NCBI GenBank assembly: GCA_951406725.2
Contig: OX597823.1
Span: forward strand, 47,926,001 to 47,990,000
Source: Octopus vulgaris
Taxonomy: Eukaryota
DNA length: 64,000 nt
Direction of reading: 5' to 3'
Within the stretch, counting starts at the first letter, position 1, and each line of letters opens with the position of its first letter. The position numbers and the translations under genes were made by a program. Positions 11,111 through 24,429 of the stretch are shown here, piece by piece. The notes beneath the pieces are model-generated. The model worked only from the letters and a program-made list of their open reading frames with translations, ran no database searches and was not told the origin of the DNA.

Positions 11111-12697
11111 AAATATTAAAAACATATAAACATGACTGCAGGAATATCATTACTGTTTTATAACTTCTGAAGAATTGAAAAGATGCCTGAAGTTTGGATG
11201 GTTGGTGTAAAGAACAGGCCACCATAACATAGGGTATCTCAGAGACTGTGGTAATCATCATCATCACTTAATGTCCGTTTTCCATTTTGGCATTGGTTGG
11301 ACAGTTTGTCAGAAGCTGGTAAGGTCATATGCCACACCAGGTTCCACGGTCTGTTTTGGCTGGGTTTCTATGGCTAGATGCCCTTTCTAATGCCAACCAC
11401 TTTACAGAGTGTACTGGGTGCTTTTTTATGTGATACCAGCACCAGAACATCATACTGAAAACATTTAGTTTCCACCATCCCTTCATCTTCTCCAGCCACT
11501 ATTCCTAAGAGAGTTGTGCAGATAGAGACCTTGGGCACCTCTTCTGTGGAGCCCTAACAGAAGCAACCATCATTACACACTCAAGCTAGATACCCAGGCT
11601 TGACCAACAGAGATTATGGATAGCATCCAACCATCTCATCCAATGGATCAGTTTGAAAAATTCATCTTGTGATCTTGCATATGGATGAGGACAGCTGCAT
11701 AAAGAAATGGAGAGTACTTGTGGAAAGGGTATGCCTATTCTGAGGCAGTGCCTTAAAGAATTTTTTAGTCAAATGAATCAACCCCAGTACTTATTTTTCT
11801 TCAAAGTCTGATACTTTTTCTTTCAATATCTTTTGCCAAACCACTAAGTTACAGAGATGTAAATACACCAACATCGGTTGTCAAGCAGTGGTGGGGTCTA
11901 AACACATACACAAACACACACACATGCGCATTCACACACACACACACACACATGACAAGCTTCTTTCAGTTTTCATCTATCAAATATCCTCACAAGACTT
12001 TGGTTGACCTGCTGTTATAGTAGAGGACACTTGCCCAAAGTGCTATACAGTAGGACTGAACCCAGAACCATGTGGTTTAGAAGCAAACTTCTTACCATAC
12101 AGCTATAACTATATAGATGACTGATTATTTAGCCAGTAGGCTTCCAGTCATTATGAGGTTATAGCATTATACAACAACCATGTCATTATTCAAGTAGAAT
12201 TTGTTGAGGCAGATTTTCTACAGCTGGATGCCTTGCCCATTGCCAACAATTAACTGTTTCCAAGTAAGGTAATATGTCCCGATGATGGAACAGGTTTTCA
12301 CGGAAGACTATAAACAACACTGCTTGTATGACAGTGATGTTCCTTTACGATCATAATATTGATGTCAAGACAAAGGTACACATATGCACACACATACACA
12401 CATGTGTGCACACACACACACACATGTGCATATGCATGCGTGCACACACACACACACACATGCATATGCATGTGCACACATGCACACATGCACACATACA
12501 CACACACACACGCACACACACACACACACAACACAAAGTTTCATCTACCAAGTTAATTCACAAGGTTTCAGTTATCCTGGGGCCATAGTAGAAGGCACTT
12601 GCTCAAGGCGCCATAGAGTGGAACTGAACCTGGGAGGAACATAGCTGAGAAGCAAGCTTTTTAAATTCAGAGCCATACCTGTACTTATATCCATAAA

Positions 12698-12908
12698 AGG
12701 CACCCATGCTGGTGACACATATGAGGCACCCATGCTGGTGACAAATGTGAGGCACCCATGCTGGTGACACATGTGAGGCACCCATGCTGGTGACACATGT
12801 GAGGCACCCATGCTGGTGACACATGTGAGGCACCCATGCTGGTGACACATGTGAGGCACCCATGCTGGTAACACATGTGAGGCACCCATGCTGGTGATGA
12901 CATATAAA
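12698..12908. repeat. 26-bp minisatellite, 8 copies (aggcacccatgctggtgacacatgtg), at the head of a SINE-C
   Basis: Eight near-identical units counted, continuing into SINE-C sequence 'aaggtacccagtgtactc..gagtggttgg'. Confidence 0.95.
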
Positions 12909-12949
12909 AGGTACCCAGTGTACTCTATGGAGTGGTTGGTGACGGTGGA

Positions 12950-13195
12950 AACACATGGCTTAGTGGCTAGAGTGTTGGACTCCTGATTCTAAGATTGTGG
13001 TTTCGATTCCTGGACCAGGCTATGCATTGTGCTATTGAGCAAAACTCTTCATTTCATATTGATCCAGTCCACTCAGCTGGTAAAAATGAGTAATCTTGTG
13101 AGGCACTGGTGTCCCGTCCTGGCAGGGAATTTATACATCATGGAAACTGGGAAACCGGCCCTTATGAGCAGGCAGGAGATGAGAAGGTTTACCTT
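12950..13195 (+). mobile_element. SINE-D (tRNA head) nested in SINE-C
   Basis: A box 'tggcttagtgg', B box 'gtttcgattcc', conserved 'ttgagcaaaactct'. SINE-C resumes at about 13200. Confidence 0.75.
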
Positions 13196-14288
13196 TTAGT
13201 GGTCAGCGTTATGAAGGACATCCAGCCATAGAAATCAAGCCAAAACAGACAGGACCCCAGTGGAGCTCTCTGGCTTACTAATCCCAGCCAAACCCTCTAA
13301 CCCATGCCAGCAAGGAAAATGGACGTTAACTGGAGATGATGATGGTGTGTGTGTGTTTGTATGTGTTGTATGTTGGTGTGTGTACGCATACAAATATGAA
13401 AATGGAAGTCATTTTGCAAATGTAAAAAAATGTCAGACAAGATAGATGATACGTTTGTTCATATATTTCCTCATAAGTAGCCTTCCATTTGTTTTTTTCA
13501 CAAACGTTTACACATCATATTCTCTCTACACATCAATGCTAATACAGCCAATGCTGAAATACAGTAATTTTATTTTAAAAATTTATTTAAAATTCTTAAT
13601 ACCACAATAATAACGTTTCTTATCTTTTAAGTCTCATATTTAATAGAAAATAATTCTTAATTTAATATTTTATTAATATCATTAAAAAAACATTCCTTAT
13701 CTTTTAAGTCTCGCATAATAAGTCAATGTACAGATAATAGTAGCAAATACATTTATTTCTTTTTATTGTTTTTCGAATGGAAACATGAACAAATTCCGCA
13801 AATGCTGAAAACATAGGAAAGTGATCTCACAAACCATTAACAAGAAACTTCCCAACGATAATTAATTAATGTTCATATTATCAATCTTTCTTTCACTTAG
13901 CTCTTTCTATTTTTGTTTTACTTTCGTAGTTTCTTCCTTTCTGGCATGAACATATGTGTGTGTGTATCAGTATGTGTGTGTGTATGTGTGTGTGTGTTTG
14001 TGGTGAAGATAAGTTCTAATTTAGGCACAGAGTTAGAAATTCTGAGGGAATAAGCGATCAGTTAAATCGGTCCTAATACACAACAGGTACTAAATTTATT
14101 GACTCTAGAAGGATGAAAGGCAAAGTTCATCTTGACAGGATTTCAACATAACAAGTTGGAATCAACAGAACATGTACATGTATGTGAGTGTCTATATATG
14201 TGTGTATGTGTGTCCGTTTGTATGTCTATATGTATGTATGTATGCATGTATATATGTATGTATGTGTGTGTGTGTGTGTATGTATGTA

Positions 14289-14321
<33 letters not shown>

Positions 14322-14552
14322 GTGTGTGTATGTATGTATGTATACATTTATGTTTGTATGCATGTATGCATTTATGTATGTATTAATGCATGTATGTACA
14401 TATGTATGTATGTATTCATGCATGCATGCATTTATGTATGTATGTATGTAAGCATGTATGTATGTATTTAACATTAATCTGTATGTATGTATGTATGAAT
14501 ATATATTTACCTTAGGAACGAAAACTCAGAGTTGGGTTTAAAATTCCACCAG

Positions 14553-14598
14553 GACACCTGATGAAGGCTGGAGAGTAAATCAGCTGAAACGTTGTGGT
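14553..14598 (+). ncRNA. Hammerhead ribozyme-like motif, type I, Penelope-type minimal form
   Basis: gaCAC CTGATGA a GGCTG-loop-CAGCT GAAA CG TT GTG, followed by AATAAA. It has an extra nucleotide after A9 and a minimal ACGT stem III, as in PLE hammerheads. Confidence 0.7.
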
Positions 14599-15110
14599 AA
14601 CAATAAACAAGATGAGGACACATATCCATCCAATGTAAATAATGTAAATAATATACTTTATTTCATGTTGCTCCAGTCCTTGACAGATTTTGTATCAAGC
14701 TGAATCTCCCAGAAAACTATTGTAAGGATGTACATGCCTGTGGAGTGCTCAGCCACTTGCTTGTTAATTTCATGAGCAGGCTGTCCCATCGATTGGATCA
14801 ACCGGAACCCTTGTCATTGTAACTAACAGAGTGCCATATGCCGAGGTGCTGGAAACAGTTGCTATTAAGTCCAGGATTGGTGAAATATGCAGTGGAATTT
14901 CCAGCATAGGGTATGGACAGCTGTATCTTCACTTGCTGGAATGCGGGCAGCCAGACTGAGGACTGCTGGACCTTTGCTTGCTGGACTGCGTGCAACTAGA
15001 ATTTTGTTCAGGTGATGTCTGGAATATCCCCCAGGCAGGCTAAACCCTTGCGAGTGAACCTAGTAGATGAAAACTGAAAGGAGCCTGGCTTATGTAGATA
15101 TGTCTGTGCA

Positions 15111-15160
<50 letters not shown>

Positions 15161-15544
15161 TGTGTATGTATGTGTGTGTGTGTGTGTGTACACATATACA
15201 TATATGTATACTCACTGTTAATACATTGGTATATATCAAACACGTATTGTCTGTTTGTGTATATATCTTCCTAGCTATCAGTCTATCTCTACACACACAG
15301 ATATATATATATATATATATATTGTAAAATATATATATATTATATATAGTAAAATATATATATATATATATAGTAATATATATATATATATATATATACA
15401 TATATAAATATATATATCAAAATATTATTAGAGATAGAAACACCCACAATTTCATCAACTCCAAATGATATTAACTCAATCAAGCTATAAAATGTTAAAT
15501 AATATACTTACTATTTATATTCATAATCCCCAAATTTTCATATC

Positions 15545-15646
15545 ACAGACTACACGTGTTTCATGAGGATATGTATGGTATTGTTAAGACACAAAGTCTC
15601 ATTCCAAAACTCATTATGTTTAAGCACTTCCAATCATCAGGTCTAC
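15545..15646 (-). ncRNA. Hammerhead ribozyme-like motif, type I, with ~70-nt domain II
   Basis: Minus strand: GTAGAC CTGATGA [~70 nt] GAA ACACGTGT A GTCTGT. 6-bp stem I, 8-nt palindromic stem III, GUA triplet. Confidence 0.65.
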
Positions 15647-15701
15647 TTTCCCCACATTTATAAATATAACTATGTAACTACTCATTAAATATCACTATGT
15701 T

Positions 15702-15741
<40 letters not shown>

Positions 15742-15769
15742 TGTATGTATATATGTATGTATATATAGT

Positions 15770-15806
<37 letters not shown>

Positions 15807-16111
15807 CAAGAAGTAAATGTAAAGGTAAGCAAGTTAGGCAGGTCATTATACAAAGTGTATTAAATACATGAATTACAAAAAAAATGTATATATGTTTACA
15901 TAGAAAAAGGTCTGACTGACACAAAATAGAAATGATATCAAGAATGAAAGGGGTTGAAGAAAAGTATTACAAATCCAACAGCTACATCTAAGTATATTCC
16001 GTATCGTGGATATTTGATTCTCATGTATGAACTATATATAAGCATATTTTTACATTACATCATATGTAAAAAAACATAGGATTGTTTTTGAAGTGCTGAA
16101 ATTTATTGTAG

Positions 16112-16349
16112 TATAAGTAGAAAGATATATTTTTTTCAACGTGTAAGTACTGATAGAACAGCATATATGGGATGAAATCCTTACAGAGCAGAAAAATATG
16201 TCAGCAACCAGCTATGAGATTTGAACTCAAACTCTTTGAGTCTCATGGCTGATTGCTGACAGATTTTTTTCTGCTCTGTAAGGATTTCATCCCATATATG
16301 CTGTTCTATCAGTACTTATGCATTGTAAAAATATATCTTTCTACTTGTA
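16112..16349. repeat. Long hairpin (~105-bp arms, 53-bp perfect core) around a tRNA B-box-like loop
   Basis: 16144-16196 is the exact reverse complement of 16266-16318. The loop on the minus strand reads gagttcaaatctc. Confidence 0.9.
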
Positions 16350-16371
16350 ATATATATATATATATATATAT

Positions 16372-16403
<32 letters not shown>

Positions 16404-16544
16404 GTAGGTAGGTACATACATACATACATACATACATACATACATACATACATACATACATACATACATACATACATACATACATACATACATACATACA
16501 TTCATACATATATACATACATACATACATACATACATACATACA

Positions 16545-16576
<32 letters not shown>

Positions 16577-16929
16577 CGAACATAAACAGACAGACAGATA
16601 GATAGATAGATAGATAGATAGTGTGTGTGTGTGTGTGTGTGTTTGTGGGCACCTCTGTGTGCATGTATTTGTCATCATACATAACACTGACAGAAACACA
16701 TCTGTCAGCAAATATCAGTTGCAAAATTTCACATTTCAAAAAGATTGTTTCCATTCTGAGAAGACAGAAAGAAACCATAGAGGAATCTCCATGAACATTT
16801 TCAAAAATGTAACTGTATCAGTGCTGTTGTCATGCTCAAAATTACTTGGTGATATACTGATGGTAAATGTAAAGGAACTCCATAGTTATATGTTCAGTAT
16901 ATAGAGACTGAGATAAATTAAGTTTGTGC

Positions 16930-17334
16930 CTTTGTGGTAAGAAGCTTGCTTCCCAACCATATGGTTCAGTCCCACTGTGTGGCACCTTGGGCAAGTGTCT
17001 TCTACTATAGCCTCAGACTGACCAAAGACCTGCAAGTGGATTTGGTTGGCAGAAACTGAAAAAAGGCGGCGAGCTGGCAGAAACGTTAGCACACTGGGTG
17101 AAATGCTTAGCGGTATTTCGTCTGAGTTCAAATTGCACCGAGGTCGACTTTGCCCTTCATCCTTTCGGGGTTGATTAAATAAGTACCAGTTATGCACTGG
17201 GGTTGATATAATCGACTCAATCCATTTGTCTGTCCTTGTTTGTCCCCTCTGTGTGTAGCCCCTTGTGGGCAAGTAAAGAAATAAGAAACTAAAAGAAGCC
17301 CATCATGTGTGTGTGAGTGTGTGTGTGTGTATGT

Positions 17335-17385
<51 letters not shown>

Positions 17386-17700
17386 TGTGTGCCTGTGTTT
17401 GTCTCCTACTTTTATGAATGGATTTGGCTGATGGAAAGTGAAAGAAACCTATTATGTGTGTGTGTGTGTGTGCACGTGCATGCCCATGTGTGTTTGTGCC
17501 CTACTACTGCTTAACAACCGGTGTTGTTGTGTTTACATCCCTGTAACTTGGTGGTTCAGGAAAAGAGACTGAAAGAATAATTCCCAAGCTTATAACAGAA
17601 ATAAGTACTGGGATTGATTAATTCATCAAAAAATATATTCTTCAAGGCAGTGCTCCAGTATGGCCACACTCTAATGACCGAAACAAGTAGCAGATAAGAG
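16930..17700 (+). mobile_element. SINE-A interrupted by a full-length SINE-B (17064-17285)
   Basis: SINE-A breaks at 'agaaactgaaa' and resumes at 'agaaactaaaagaagccc' (a TSD); SINE-B lies between. Confidence 0.85.
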
Positions 17701-17759
17701 AGAAAAGAGAAAAGAGAAAACCTCTCCAAACTAGAATCAGTGTAAATCGATTTGGACTG

Positions 17760-18430
17760 AATTCTTATTCAGCGACTTAATACACTTTGTCTATTGAGAA
17801 GTATGTAGAACAGATGCCAAAACTTGCAGGCTTGTATATCTGCAATCATATATCAATAAGGCCATGGAACAAATCATCAGGGAGAAATTGGTTATAAAAT
17901 CTTGATCATGTTCAAATCATTGTTGCCCAAGCAGAAGCTACCTTACGCAGTGGCTGAAGCATCATGACAGGATGCAAAATCAGTTGTTTTAACCAATCAA
18001 ATGGAGAATGTGATATATTAAGAGTCTGCAATGATTTCTGCCAATATTGATTACAGAAGAATATACCGCAAAATTTCGTGACCTCGGCATAGTGGGTAAA
18101 TTAGAAGAGTAGCTTTATAACTTCCTAAAGGACAGATGTCAATTTGCTGCAGCTGACGGAGCTGTCACTGAATAGTCAATTATCCAGAACAGGATGTTAC
18201 AAGAGACTATCGGAAAGAAATTATTCTTTGTAATAGCTCTAACAATCTTATCTTTCACCCTCATATGCTGTGCGTATGATAATGTGATATCAAAAGGAGT
18301 AGAAGTCATCAAATCTATTGAAAATCCACAGGAGGGCTTCAATGTCTTATATGGATGTGTTAAATACAATATAAAGCTCATTGCAAGAAAGTTTCTAGCT
18401 GTCTACTATGAGTACTCCAACAAATAAACA
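17760..18430 (+). mobile_element. Decayed CR1/Jockey-group LINE reverse transcriptase fragment
   Basis: 'KFRDLGIVGKLEE*LYNFLKDRCQFAAADG' resembles the KL..GI.G....WI..FL..R.Q segment upstream of the PQG motif. Confidence 0.55.
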
Positions 18431-18694
18431 AAAGAAAAGGAAAAAAAAAAACCCACCACGATTCACAAAACCAGAAGCAGTTGCAGCACATTAGTTGGCA
18501 AGCTGGCAGAAAATATAGCATGCTGGGAAAAATTTCATCTATTCTTACATTCTGAGTTCAAATTCCACCAAGGTCGACTTTGGCTATCATCCTTTCAGGG
18601 GCTGATAAATCAAGTACCAGTTGAGTACTGGGGTCGATGTTATCGATTGTCCCCTTCCCCACAAAACCCAGGCCTTGTGCCTATAATAGAAAGG

Positions 18695-18759
<65 letters not shown>

Positions 18760-19429
18760 CATCATTATTATTAAGGTGAATTGTTAGCATGCCAGGCAAA
18801 ATGCTTAGCGACATTTCGTCCACCATTACGTTTTGAGTTCAAATTCCACCAAGGTTGACTTTGCCTTTCATCCTTTTGGGGTTGATTAATTCATCTAAAA
18901 ATATATTCTTCAAGGCACTGCCTCAGTATGGCCACAGTCTAATGACTGAAACAAGCAACAGATAAGAGATAAAAGAGAAAGCCTCTCCAAACAAGAATCA
19001 GTGTAAATCGATTTGAACGGAATTCTCATTCAGTGACTTAATACAATCTGTCTATTGAGAAGTATGTAGAACAGATGCCAAAACTTGCAGGCTTGTATAT
19101 CTGCAATCATATATGAACACTAGAGTCAATCTAATTGACTTACCCTACCCCTCACCCCACCCGAAACGGCTGGCCTTGTACAAAAATTTGAAACCAGTAT
19201 TATTATGGTGAGCTGCCAGAATCTTTACTATACCAGGCAAAATGCTTAGCAGCATTTTGTTCATCTTCACATTCTGAGTTCAATTTCCACTGAGGTCAGC
19301 TTTGCCTTTTATCCTTCTGGGGTCAAATAAAATAAGTACCAGTTGAGTGAGTAACACTTGATTGTAAGCTGAATATCCTAACCAATACGTAATATGCCTT
19401 CACTCTGGCATATAGATACAAACATTTAT

Positions 19430-19920
19430 CATAATAATAATAATAATAATGAAATTATTGTATACAGTGCTCAGGTGCACCACAACTTGTCAAAAGTGCA
19501 TATAAAGCATATGCAGCAATGTACAAATGTCTGGAAAGTGAACAGTGTATGAGTCAGATACATGCTTGTGTGTGTATGGAGGGGAGAAAATCAGGTTTAG
19601 TGTTGGCGAATCTCAGGAAGCATGGAAGTTTTGAAGGATGCAGTGCTCTGACAACTAACAACTGATGCTGGCAGTTTGTTCCATGCTTCGGCAACTCTCA
19701 GCATGAAAAAATGTTTCTGAAAGTCATGGGAGCTGTGCTGTTTTCCGACTTTGTAAACATGTCCACGGGTGTTAGACAGGTGGAGTTTGTAAGGTGCTCA
19801 GAGTTATTGTTAGTAAGATGGTTTATAATTTTATGGGTGTCTGCCAAGTCAGCTGCCAGACGTTGGAGTTTCAATGTATCCATGCCCAGGGAAGTAAGGC
19901 GTTCAGAATATGGCAAATGC
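19430..19920 (-). mobile_element. CR1-like LINE 3' end with (TTA)n tail
   Basis: PYSERLTSLGMDTLKLQRLAADL...TRGHVYKVRKQHS...RVAEAWNKLPASVV, with frameshifts. Confidence 0.85.
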
Positions 19921-19954
19921 TCTTTACATATATATGCATATAATGTATAGTCAC

Positions 19955-20160
19955 TCTTTTACTCTTTTACTTGTTTCAGTCATTTGACTGCGGCCATGCT
20001 GGAGCACCGCCTTTAATCGAGCAACTCGACCCCGGGACTTATTCTTTTGTAAGCCCATTACTTATTCTATCGGCCTCTTTTGCCGAACTGCTAAGTAACG
20101 GGGACATAAACACACCAGCATCGGTTGTCAAGCAATGCTAGGGGGACAAACACACACACA

Positions 20161-20196
<36 letters not shown>

Positions 20197-20356
20197 TATA
20201 CGACAGGCTTCTTTCAGTTTTCGTCTACCAAATCCACTTACAAGGCTTTGGTCGGCCCGAGGCTATAGTAGAAGACACTTGCCCAAGGTGCCACGCAGTG
20301 GGACTGAACCCGGAACCATGTGGTTGGTTAGCAAGCTACTTACCACACCGCCACTC
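19955..20356 (-). mobile_element. SINE-A, near full length, CpG-rich (young)
   Basis: All family blocks are present, CpGs are retained, and there is an (aaaagagt)n tail. Confidence 0.9.
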
Positions 20357-21004
20357 CACACTCACACATAAGCACTTCCACATTTTGGCTATTCTTGACT
20401 CACATCTTTGAATCACCCACTTTCACCTGTCAGTGCTATCTGACTGCTGCTAACTCAACAACCCCCTAACACCCTCTCCCACCAGCACATATCCATGATC
20501 ACATTCTTACTCTGTTTTCCTCCCTTTGTACCAGCTCTTCTCTCAAAAGAGACCAATTTTGTTCTCTCTTCCTTCTGTCGGCCAAGTTCCTTCTTTCCAA
20601 TGACATATGTGTACCAACATCCTTACATCTTGTTTCTTTTTTTTTTTTTAATCTTCTAGCATCTTCAGTATTTACCTTTTTTTTGTAAATTTTTATCACC
20701 TTCTTAGATTTTCGTCTTGTCTTGGAAAATTACCAGCTTGAGCATTATTTGACTTTAATCTCATGTTCAACTTTTAGAATTTTGAACTGTTTTAACCCTT
20801 CAGTGTTAACTTCACAGCTGCATATCTGGAAAACATATTCCAAGCCATGCTTGCTGTTCTTTATGCACAAGCACAAACAGATATCTTCCACTTTGTACAT
20901 GCCATTTTATAGTGCTTCCTCAACACTTTTACAGACACACACCATACACACACACATGTATATACATATATATATATAAGTATATACATATATATATATA
21001 TATC

Positions 21005-21412
21005 TTTTTTACTCTTTTACTTGTTTCAGTCATTTGGCTGCGACCATGCTAGAGCACTGCCTTTAGTCTAGTCGAGCAAATCGACCCCGGGACTTATTCT
21101 TTGTAAGCCTAGTACTTATTCTATTGGTCTCTTTTGCCGAACCGCTAAGTGACGGGGACATAAACACACCAGCATTGGTTGTCAAGCAATGCTAGGGAGA
21201 CAAACACAGACACACAAACATACCCATACACACATATATATATATATACATATATATACAACGGGCTTCTTTCAGTTTCCATCTACCAAATCCACTCACA
21301 AAACTTTGGTCATCGTGAGACTATAGTAGAAGACGCTTGCCACGCAGTAGGACTGAACCTGGAACTATGTGGTTGGTAAGCAAGCTACTTACCACACAGC
21401 CACTCCTATGCC
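21005..21412 (-). mobile_element. SINE-A, near full length
   Basis: Same blocks as 19955-20356. Confidence 0.9.
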
Positions 21413-21424
21413 TATGTATATATT

Positions 21425-21459
<35 letters not shown>

Positions 21460-21460
21460 T

Positions 21461-21507
<47 letters not shown>

Positions 21508-22659
21508 GCTCATACAGCTTCCCATACATGCTTCCACACCACCTCCTCCACAATTACTCAAGGACACACACACACATCATTTTACATCTCACAAACCAGC
21601 ACCCCCAGACTTCTATGCAGGAGTGGGTGCATGCTCATAAAATTTATTTTGCAACCACTTAGCCTCAGACTGGGTCCAACAGCATGGCATCTTTGGCAAG
21701 CCTCATGGGTTGACCGATACCTTTTAAGTGAATTTGGTAGACAGAAACTGTGTGGAAGCCCATCACATATTCAGTGGAACTTTGGTTTATGAATGATTCT
21801 CATCATCAACAAATTGGTTTATGAACAATTTTCAAACATAAAACATCTTGGATGATGAATGGTGTTTTGAATAACAAACATGCAAAATGACAACAACAGT
21901 TGGTGACAAGCTAGAAATATCAGTAGGAGAGTGTCAGTTGCTCTCTAAGAAGAGCATCCAGCTGTAGAAACTCTGCCAGATCAGATCAGATTGGAGTCTG
22001 GTGCAGCCATCTGACTCGCCAGATCGTCCAACCCATGCTAGCATGGAAAGCGGACGTTAAACGATGATGATGATATATATATCACCACCACCATCACCAA
22101 CACCACCACCATCATCATCATCATCATTTAATGTCTGCATCCTATGCTGGCATGAGTTGTATGGCTTGACAGGAGCTGGCTAGGTAGAAGACTGCACCAG
22201 GCTTCAGTGCCTGTTTTGGCATGGTTTTTACAGCTGGATGCCTTTCCTAACACCAACCACCCTACAGAATGGTATTATAAATATTTTGTGTCCAACCCTT
22301 GCCAACATGGAAAACGGGTCTTAATTGATGATGATTATACATATTATGTATCTATATGTATGTGTGCGTGTGTGTGTGTATGTTTGCATTTATGTATGTA
22401 TGTGTATGCATGTGTATCCTTGTTTTGACATCACATGACAATTCTAAATGTGTTTCACCATCACACCAATGATGTCATACATTTCTAGTCTTTTACTGAA
22501 GCAAATATGGCCATGAGAAATTATTACCTTCATTGGAAACAAGTGAGAGTTAGTGACAGGAATGGTGGGATCTTCTCCAAACAACAAATTCTGCCCAATC
22601 TACCCAGGCATGGAAAGTGGGCATTAAATTGATTATGTTGATGCATGTATAAACAGTAA

Positions 22660-22997
22660 AGGATAAAGACCCCCTTCGGTCATGAATGACCATAGGATTG
22701 CACCTAGAAAGTTAATCTCTGAGGTACAAGTCCAGGCAAGGTTGTTCATGGAAGACCATCAGTCGCTCATGCAAACCAGCCTCCCTTCTCCACACGACCG
22801 ATGTTATCCAAGAGTAAGGCAAAGGCCAGTACAGCTTGGCACCAGTGACGTCGCAACTCATTTCTATGACTGAGTGAACTGGAGCAACGTGAAATAAAGT
22901 GTCTTGCTCAAGAACACTACTCACACAGTCTGGTCCAGGAATCGAACTCACTACCTCATGATTGTGAGCCTGACTCTCTGACCACTGAGCCATGCAC
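22660..22997 (-). mobile_element. SINE-D, full length
   Basis: Head 'tggctcagtggtcagag...gagttcgattcc', 'ttgagcaagacact', 3' 'gaccgaagggggtcttta'. A similar copy lies at 46858-47095 (+). Confidence 0.85.
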
Positions 22998-23890
22998 CTT
23001 CATGTATATGTATATGCATGTATATATGTATGTGTGTATGTGTATGTATGCATATGTGTGTGTGTGTGCATGTATATATATGTATATCTGTGTGCACATG
23101 TGTGCATGTGTGTGTGTGTACATGCATATATAAGTGTGAGTGTGTACATGCATATATGTTTGTGTGTGTATGTGCATATGCATGTGTATTTCTGCACAGA
23201 ATTTTTCATATGACTTTAAGCACTCGTATGTCTGTATGTATGGATAGATTTTTTTTCTGTCTTTCCTAATTCTTTTTTTCCATTTTCTATTTCTTGAAAT
23301 GTCAATAGTTCTTCTTTGGTTTCCATTTTTAGAAGGCAGTTCTTAGTCAAACGGTTTTTGTAATAAAAATATTCTTCTTCAAGGTCGGTAATACAAATAT
23401 TTAGTAATTCTAAGAGTCTGTTCTACATGGCCATCAATTTTACAATAAATCTTGATGAGAAGACAGCACTCACAAGTCATTCCCTTGCCTGCTTTTGCAA
23501 ACATCAAAACTATTTTGTCATCCAGCAACGATCTCAGGGATATCTCTTGAGAAAAAAAAAAAACAGATTCTATATAACAAAAATGCTTAGGTGATAGCTC
23601 TCATGTCTCATGTTATTAGATCAAATTGTGCCAAAATATGTCTTATTGCTTTTACCTTCTTTCAAAAGTACACAAGCTGGTGCTTGTATGAGGCATCTAG
23701 TGATAAAAGAAAATATTTAGTTGAGATATTTAATCTTCAACATTGATTTTTTCGTTTTTTATTTATTTATTTTTTGTCGTTGATTAAATAAGGAAAAACA
23801 AAATTTGAAAATACCTGTCTGCAAACAGTACTGAGAAGAATTGTTATAATGTAGAAAACTTGTATGTGTAATGTTATGTTTGAAACTATT

Positions 23891-24122
23891 ATACAAGGGT
23901 GCGGGTGCTGAAATGTTCCTGGTTTTAAGGGTATCGCAAAAAGCCTGGTAGGAGGCCCAAACTTCCGAATTCTTTAAAAGGGCTTAGAAAAACTGAAGGT
24001 GAAAGACTGCTGTAATAAGTGTGTGAATCTGAGAGGGGAATATGTTTAATAAAATCATAATTAACTGATCTTCCTGTATTTTCTTTTACTCAAAACCAGA
24101 AACTTTTCAGCACCCCCTCATA
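23891..24122 (+). mobile_element. Mariner-derived MITE
   Basis: TIRs 'ta..gggtgctgaaa.gttcctgg' / 'ccagaaacttttcagcaccccctcata'. Retains the transposase tail GLEKL...KCVNLRGEYV. Confidence 0.85.
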
Positions 24123-24429
24123 ATGGAGGTATATAAAAATATTCACGATGAAGCATACACAATTAATTGTACACACACTTATGAAGGCAGTTTAATTTCT
24201 GCTTCCATTTCAACTAAATTTTTATGTGTCATGAAATTGAGTTCACGGTACTAATAGCTTTAATCATTAATGTAAACATTGAACTTAAAAGACAACAGAT
24301 AATATACCTAGCTAACATCAAAATCATAGTCATTTGCTAGGCTCCTTGGAAAATTTTTTTTTACAAAGAATTTGAAATCATTTATATTTTTTCATTTAAT
24401 TATCAATATTTATACATTTTTATACAAAG

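Noticed and set aside
12572-12956. Repetitive Cys/His ORFs and possible CRISPR array
   Set aside because: 26-bp head-to-tail minisatellite with no spacers and no cas genes; eukaryotic context.
18194-18427. 77-aa ORF with a signal-peptide-like hydrophobic stretch
   Set aside because: Lies within a decayed LINE RT; the hydrophobic stretch falls where the post-PQG 'LF.I' segment and YADD region are expected.
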